64,000 nt of DNA. It comes from Bacteroidales bacterium. Lineage in GTDB: Bacteria; Bacteroidota; Bacteroidia; Bacteroidales; VadinHA17. Below, in pieces: positions 58,824-64,000 of the stretch. The notes beneath the pieces are model-generated. The model made no database searches. It saw only the letters and a program-made list of their open reading frames with translations, and was not told where the DNA came from. The stretch is taken from positions 23,413-87,412 of the forward strand of contig JAJFVL010000061.1 of the NCBI GenBank assembly GCA_021371855.1, given 5' to 3'. How positions within the stretch are numbered: the stretch's first letter is position 1; each line of letters starts with the position of its first letter. A program made the translations under genes and the position numbers.

Positions 58824-61800
58824 CTACCTTACTATGTTCACTACCCCATTGATGGTCCCCCGTTTTTCTGATTTAATAATATAATAGTACGAAGCAGATG
58901 GAAGTAAGTTACCTTTCCAGGTACCATCCCAGTCGTTCTTATAGCTGCGCGATTCATAAACCTTTTTGCCAAAACGATTGTATATAGTGACCGATATATT
59001 ACCATACTCTTCTATATCCGGTATGTACCAGTAGTCGTTCATGCCATCGCTATTAGGTGTGAATAACGACATTATATTGTCAAAGGTAGGCTTCGATTCT
59101 GCAGTCAATGTCACTTCTGTTGCAGGATTCCAGTTTTGATCACCATTCTGGCTGGCAGTAATTGTAAAATCACCCTCTCTTTTGATTGAGAGAACATCGT
59201 TATTTATGATGCAAATCGAAGGATCTGATGCTTCAAAACTTACTGTAAGTCCACTTGAGGCTGTTGCTACCAACATGTAATCCTGGGTAGCTCTTAAGTT
59301 ATCGGGCAATGATTCGAACCTGATAAACTGGTCAGCTTTATTTATTATTAGATCACCCTCAATATACTTAAAGTCGTAATTTTCATCTTCTGCACCGGAA
59401 ACCATAATATAATAAGTGCCTGCATTCGAACCTTTCAAAGCATCAGTTTGTGCCACAGGTTGAATATTAAGAGCACCCTGATCCTGGCCTAGAACGAAAC
59501 CTGAATACGATACTGTCAAAACCGGATTATCATTACCATAAGTCTTACTTTTATCATCGGCAGTTATAGTAAGCAACGCTTTTTTAACTTCAAAATTCCC
59601 GTTAACAATAATTAAATCATAATTGTTATCCGATCCGCCATTTAAGACAACAGGATAATTGCCTACATTGCTGCTTAACACGACACCAGTAGAAGCTACA
59701 ACAGCTTCATCAAGAACCGATGCATCTTCCGAATTCCTGAATCCATTATATGAAATAGTCAGATCAGGATTCTCAGAACCATATACCTTGGTTTTGTCAT
59801 CAGCCTTTACTGTCAGGGCAGTTTTGGTTACAGTCATATCTGCAGGTATATAGTTAAAAGAGTAATTTTCATCCGCTCCTTCTGAAACAGTTATAGCGTT
59901 TACATATATATTAGCCGGACTTGTAAGTGTAACTGTTGTACCTGCTTTAGGCAGAGTTGTCAATACTGATTCATTTTCATTATTCTCCCATCCGCTGTAG
60001 GTGAATGTCAGCTCAGGATCAGGAGCGCCATATTCTTTCGTCTTACTATCAGCTGTTACAGTCAATACTTTTTTGGAGATATCCAGGCTTCCATCAATAA
60101 AACTTATGTCATAGTTTACCGAGGTTACACCACTGACGGTAATGACATAACCTGTTCCTGCATTGACTGCTGATGCTGCTGTTCCGCTATATGCCAATGC
60201 TCCACCGAGAACACTCTCAGTTTCGCTGTTTACAAACCCACTGTATGTTACCGTGAAAGAAGTGTAAACAACTCCGTCATACGTCTTGCTCTTGTTCTCT
60301 GCTGTTATTGTCAACGGAGCCTTGCTGATATCAAGTGTGCCGTTATTAAATGTAATTGAATAGTTGTCTGATGTCAGACCTTCCGGTGTAATAACATAAC
60401 CAGTGCCTGCATTGACTGCTGATGCTGCTGTACCGCTATATGCCAATGCACCATCAAGAACACTCTCTGTTTCGCTGTTTACAAACCCACTGTATGTTAC
60501 CGTGAAAGGAGTGTAAACAACTCCGTCATACGTCTTGCTCTTGTTCTCTGCAGTTATTGTCAACGGAGCCTTGTTAACCGTAAATTCATTCTGAACATCC
60601 GATGCTGCAAAATAAGTATCATTTCCAGCCTGTGAAGCTGTTATAAAAGAAGTTCCTGCTCCGACAATTGTGACCATGTTGCCTGATACTGTAGCTGCAC
60701 TGGGATTAGAACTCGAATAAGTAACAGGAAGGCCGGATGTTGACGATGCTGTCAGATAGAAGGCATCATCTCCGTATGTTTTGTCTCCCAGAATGTCAAA
60801 AGTAATAGTCTGGTCAAGCTTTGTTGTTGTTACTGCAGTAGAAGATGAGTAAAAGCTAACACCTTCGGGAAGGAGAGCACGGAAACGGTAAAAATATTGC
60901 GTAACAGGATCAAGGCCTGAAACGATGAATGCAGTAACATTATCTACATCTTTATTATTATATCCTGAAACAATATTTGCAAAAGAATTATCTGTTGCAA
61001 CATCAAGGAAATATTTTGTTGCACCAGAAACTGTATTCCAATTTGCTCTGAAAGAAGTCCCTGATATGTCTGTTGCTGCTGTTGTTGAAGGCACAGAAAA
61101 AGTAACTGTAACGTCGTCAGACACATCCGGCACCGGGTCTCCAGCCATACCTCCATATTCAACCACATAACCGTCGAGGATATTCGAAGAACTAAGATCA
61201 TTCCATTTACCGTTTGTTAAGAACTGCGCATAATCTTCATTTCCCCCTGAATTATTAGGTTCGCCGGTGTTCCAGTTGGTATACGAGAGTACGCTGCCAT
61301 TTTCAGGTCCTTCGATCCATTTCCATGTACCCTCTGAAGCTTCATCACTTGCACCTAACCAACCCTGTCCAAGCAATTTTGACAAGCAGAATGCACTTTC
61401 TTCTTCAGAAGTTATAGTTACCAGATAACCCTGCAAACCAAAGTACTTTCTATTAGCTGCTATTGTTTTAGCCTCCGGCCATGTAATGCCCGGATTAGTC
61501 ACATACTCATAGTAGTGCCCGTTACCGGAAAACGGCAATGCAGTGTTCAGACTGATTTTAATATTTCGGGAAGAAGCATTTGGAATAGCCTCAGTGTTAG
61601 AATAGGTTACTTTTCTTATTATTGCCTGGTATGTTGCCACATCAGCTGATCCGGTAATGGATAATATTCCTGTTGAAGGGCTAAAAGAATATGAAATAGT
61701 GCCAATGGTCCCGCTGGCAGATCCATCTATACCAAGTATATCCTGACCAGAGACATAATTACCGTTTATTGAAACATAAGCGCCTTCTAAGGCAGAACCA

Positions 61801-63392
61801 GTTACCGTAGCATTAGAGGCTATATAGACAAGCGCATTAGGTGCAACTGTTGTTCCTCCGTTACTGCCTGAAATAGTAGTAGATATAGTTGTAAAAGATA
61901 ATTCGTTTCCATAACCTGTGCCCACAGAATTTGTAGCATAAGCTCTTACATAATAGGTCGTACCTTCTGACAGATCTGTTAATGAGCTTGTAAATGAACC
62001 TGTTCCTGAACCATCAGCAGAATGACTTCCTGAGACTGTCGGATTTGATGAAGTACTCCAGCAGACTCCTCTTGCAATCACCGATTGTCCACCATCATCA
62101 CTCACACTTCCCCCTGATGTTGCAGTATTAGTTGAGATATTTGTCACTGTTCCGGTGGAAAGTACCGGTACAGTGTATGCATTTGTAGTAAATTGAACCT
62201 TTGCAATAGATGAAAACTCAGGAGTCGCGTCTTCTGAAACAAAATAGAGATCATATGATGTTCCTGCTGTAAGATTTGTAAGGCTGAATTGCTTCTCCAC
62301 ATTTGCTGACATTAAACCTGAACCAGAGCTTATTACAACTACAGAGCCATAATTAACCCCGTTCTTTATTTCAGATGCTGTTGGTGCAGTTGAGTTACGG
62401 GGAACAACCATCCAATAACCTGTACCTGCAGTTGTAGTTTTAGCTTTGAAAGTTGCGGTAGTATAAGTTATATCGCTGACAGCTCCGCTTGCAGCTGCAA
62501 CATCGGCAATAATCGTTTCAAGGTCAGCCAGTTTACCGGCAGCATAATACCAACAAAACTCATCACTTTCTCCACTGGCCAGATCATTCATCCTGACATA
62601 AAAACCATACGAGCCATCATTTGTCAGTTCAATACTACTTGTCTGGGGATTCTGGTTGGTAACATTGGTCCAGTAACAGCAAGAATTTATAATATTATTC
62701 CCTTTTGAGGAATTTGTATAAAACAAGACACCTTCATCTGCAGTGGATATTCTTAATGCCAGAGCCCTGTCAGCTGCATTCGTCAGCTTGACAAACGCAC
62801 CATCAACCAGGTTTCCCTTCTCTTTTTTGGGTGCATCAGTTCCACCCACATAATCATCTCTGGTACCGACCCAATATCTCACATTATTTATTGTACTTCC
62901 GCTTGTGTTCTTAACATTTGTGGTAATCTTAATAAAAGACTTATCTTGTCCAAGTTCATAGGTATTTTTAATTTCCAGTGTTAAACTGTTTATTGTGATA
63001 GTTCCGGTAGAAATAATTGTTCCATACCCATTCGGACTTGTTGTTGTAATATAACCAGATAAATCAATAACCTGCCCAGTCATTGTAGGATTGTTGGAAA
63101 GAGATCCATTGAGGTTCCATTCATTTGTTCCATCACCATCTATAGCAAAAGTGTTGTCAAGAGGATAAGAAGAATAAGTAAGCTTTCGCCAGAGAGCTAA
63201 AGTGGAGTTATAATAGAAAGGTTGCTGCATGTTTCCATTAGAATTGATGGAATTTTCAGATCCGTTTCCAGAGCGTATAAGATTATTATTAAGAACAGTC
63301 TGACCTAAAATATCTTGAGTAAAATAGATAAGGCCACATAAAATTAATGCAGATAGTAAAACACACCTGAATTTGTTCATAAGATATTTCAT
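58824..63392 (-). CDS. Large (1522 aa) cell-surface protein with C-type lectin-like domain, Fn3/Ig-like modules, five MBG-type repeats and T9SS type-B C-terminal domain
   Basis: CTD (58827-59072): 'LFTPNSDGMNDYWYIPDIEEYGNISVTIYNRFGKKVYES...WDGTWKGNLLPSASYYYII'. Lectin block: 'GHYYEYVTNPGITWPEAK...GYLVTITSEEE..F...GWLGASDEASEGTWKWIEGPE......YTNWNTGEPNN...EDYAQFL.NGKWNDL'. Five 'K..LT(I/V)TA..K.K.Y(G/D)......T..YSGF...E..SVL' repeats. Signal peptide 'VLLSALILCGLIYF'. Confidence 0.9.
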   Translation of the reverse strand: MKYLMNKFRCVLLSALILCGLIYFTQDILGQTVLNNNLIRSGNGSENSINSNGNMQQPFYYNSTLALWRKLTYSSYPLDNTFAIDGDGTNEWNLNGSLSNNPTMTGQVIDLSGYITTTSPNGYGTIISTGTITINSLTLEIKNTYELGQDKSFIKITTNVKNTSGSTINNVRYWVGTRDDYVGGTDAPKKEKGNLVDGAFVKLTNAADRALALRISTADEGVLFYTNSSKGNNIINSCCYWTNVTNQNPQTSSIELTNDGSYGFYVRMNDLASGESDEFCWYYAAGKLADLETIIADVAAASGAVSDITYTTATFKAKTTTAGTGYWMVVPRNSTAPTASEIKNGVNYGSVVVISSGSGLMSANVEKQFSLTNLTAGTSYDLYFVSEDATPEFSSIAKVQFTTNAYTVPVLSTGTVTNISTNTATSGGSVSDDGGQSVIARGVCWSTSSNPTVSGSHSADGSGTGSFTSSLTDLSEGTTYYVRAYATNSVGTGYGNELSFTTISTTISGSNGGTTVAPNALVYIASNATVTGSALEGAYVSINGNYVSGQDILGIDGSASGTIGTISYSFSPSTGILSITGSADVATYQAIIRKVTYSNTEAIPNASSRNIKISLNTALPFSGNGHYYEYVTNPGITWPEAKTIAANRKYFGLQGYLVTITSEEESAFCLSKLLGQGWLGASDEASEGTWKWIEGPENGSVLSYTNWNTGEPNNSGGNEDYAQFLTNGKWNDLSSSNILDGYVVEYGGMAGDPVPDVSDDVTVTFSVPSTTAATDISGTSFRANWNTVSGATKYFLDVATDNSFANIVSGYNNKDVDNVTAFIVSGLDPVTQYFYRFRALLPEGVSFYSSSTAVTTTKLDQTITFDILGDKTYGDDAFYLTASSTSGLPVTYSSSNPSAATVSGNMVTIVGAGTSFITASQAGNDTYFAASDVQNEFTVNKAPLTITAENKSKTYDGVVYTPFTVTYSGFVNSETESVLDGALAYSGTAASAVNAGTGYVITPEGLTSDNYSITFNNGTLDISKAPLTITAENKSKTYDGVVYTSFTVTYSGFVNSETESVLGGALAYSGTAASAVNAGTGYVITVSGVTSVNYDISFIDGSLDISKKVLTVTADSKTKEYGAPDPELTFTYSGWENNENESVLTTLPKAGTTVTLTSPANIYVNAITVSEGADENYSFNYIPADMTVTKTALTVKADDKTKVYGSENPDLTISYNGFRNSEDASVLDEAVVASTGVVLSSNVGNYPVVLNGGSDNNYDLIIVNGNFEVKKALLTITADDKSKTYGNDNPVLTVSYSGFVLGQDQGALNIQPVAQTDALKGSNAGTYYIMVSGAEDENYDFKYIEGDLIINKADQFIRFESLPDNLRATQDYMLVATASSGLTVSFEASDPSICIINNDVLSIKREGDFTITASQNGDQNWNPATEVTLTAESKPTFDNIMSLFTPNSDGMNDYWYIPDIEEYGNISVTIYNRFGKKVYESRSYKNDWDGTWKGNLLPSASYYYIIKSEKRGTINGVVNIVR
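59340..60580. repeat. Five tandem ~249-bp (83-aa) MBG-like coding repeats; the first two (60141-60575) are near-identical at DNA level
   Basis: cattgactgctgatgctgctgt...caacggagcctt occurs at 60161 and again at 60410 (offset 249 bp), with about ten scattered substitutions. Confidence 0.8.
61150..61525 (-). other. C-type lectin-like domain region of the 1522-aa protein (EPN at 61254-61262, WND at 61197-61205)
   Basis: EPN is encoded by attaggttc (reverse complement GAA CCT AAT). WND is encoded by atcattcca (reverse complement TGG AAT GAT). The surrounding 'WIGL-like' 'GWLGASD' and 'EGTWKW' blocks are in canonical CTLD order. Confidence 0.7.
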
Positions 63393-63835
63393 AATCTACC
63401 TCCCTGAATTTTAGTATCTGTAACATTCCACGCATCACCTGATTTTTGGAGTTCAAGAATTACTCTTTGGGTAGCAATATAACCTGAAACAGGATAATGA
63501 TACACAAAGTCAACTTTAGCTGAGTTTTGTTCGATATTAAGTTCCCAAAACAGAAAATAATTATTTATAGTACCTGATGCAAGCTGGTCTTTATTAATAA
63601 ACTGTACTCTCATCCCTGACTTATAAGCTTCTGTATTAGCAGGGAATGAAACACCGTGTTGCAGAACATAAATTCCGGAAAAGCTCCCATTGGAATTTCG
63701 TGGAATATATTGCTGTAATTCAGGCAGATCAATGCATTTCTGCAGAATTTTAGCCATGTCACCGGAATTTTGAGCATTTACTTTAATTGTAAAGCCCAGA
63801 ATCACCAAAAAAATCAGAGTAAAAAGTTTTTTCAT
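63389..63835 (-). CDS. Small secreted protein of unknown function, translationally coupled to the 1522-aa adhesin gene
   Basis: 148 aa with signal peptide 'MKKLFTLIFLVILGFTIKVNAQ'. Its stop overlaps the adhesin start (4-bp ATGA-type overlap at 63389-63392). No recognisable family. Confidence 0.6.
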   Translation of the reverse strand: MKKLFTLIFLVILGFTIKVNAQNSGDMAKILQKCIDLPELQQYIPRNSNGSFSGIYVLQHGVSFPANTEAYKSGMRVQFINKDQLASGTINNYFLFWELNIEQNSAKVDFVYHYPVSGYIATQRVILELQKSGDAWNVTDTKIQGGRL

Positions 63836-64000
63836 AGGTTCACTTTGTCAATTATTAATTAATATTTTTTATATCGTATGTTCATATTGTTTTAGACAAT
63901 GAGGACTTTGAACTACTGCCAGCTACTCATGGATATTATCCAAAACATCATATGTAACCATGTTTCAACTTATTTTGACTCACATTAGCAAAAATACAGA

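Noticed and set aside
58824-63392. Diversity-generating retroelement (DGR) idea: a C-type lectin fold plus a near-identical DNA repeat pair (60141-60575) that could be TR/VR
   Set aside because: The substitutions between the two copies are a mix of types (g/a, t/a, t/g, c/t, a/t, a/g) rather than adenine-specific. The repeats lie in the MBG-type stalk and not in the lectin domain. No reverse transcriptase or accessory gene is present in the window.

Overview
AT-rich chromosomal segment that reads as Bacteroidota. The evidence is T9SS type-A and type-B C-terminal sorting domains, PorP/SprF genes, a FISUMP-domain protein, many lipoprotein or Tat signal peptides, and TTTG..TAnnTTTG-type promoters. 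All calls come from reading the ORF translations and DNA by eye, with no searches run. Most of the window is housekeeping: rmuC, ldh, cysK, an ABC-2 exporter, an LptF/G permease, ribBA, fmt, cdd, a two-component pair, panB, dnaK, xseA/xseB, a CCA/polyA-polymerase family enzyme, and tRNA-Met, tRNA-Glu and tRNA-Val. Positions 1-16.3 kb hold periplasmic or secreted glycan-processing genes. These are a beta-helix protein, a Tat-exported enolase-superfamily enzyme, a Tat Gfo/Idh/MocA oxidoreductase, two DUF1080 proteins, a Tat xylose-isomerase-like TIM barrel, two GH29 fucosidases and two HExxH peptidases. The accessory part is 45-64 kb, with two tandem modules on the minus strand. Each is a giant cell-surface protein (3483 aa and 1522 aa) ending in a T9SS type-B ('gliding motility-associated') C-terminal domain, followed by its own PorP/SprF-family gene. 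The modules are separated by tRNA-Val and two unusual nested or palindromic DNA elements. The 1522-aa protein carries a C-type lectin-like domain with EPN and WND motifs, and its start overlaps an upstream unknown 148-aa secreted protein. I found no CRISPR array, transposase, integrase, reverse transcriptase or recognisable defence system. The items most worth a second look are the adhesin/PorP modules, the lectin domain, a Tat-signal plus T9SS-CTD protein, and the structured intergenic elements at 56.9-57.5 kb.
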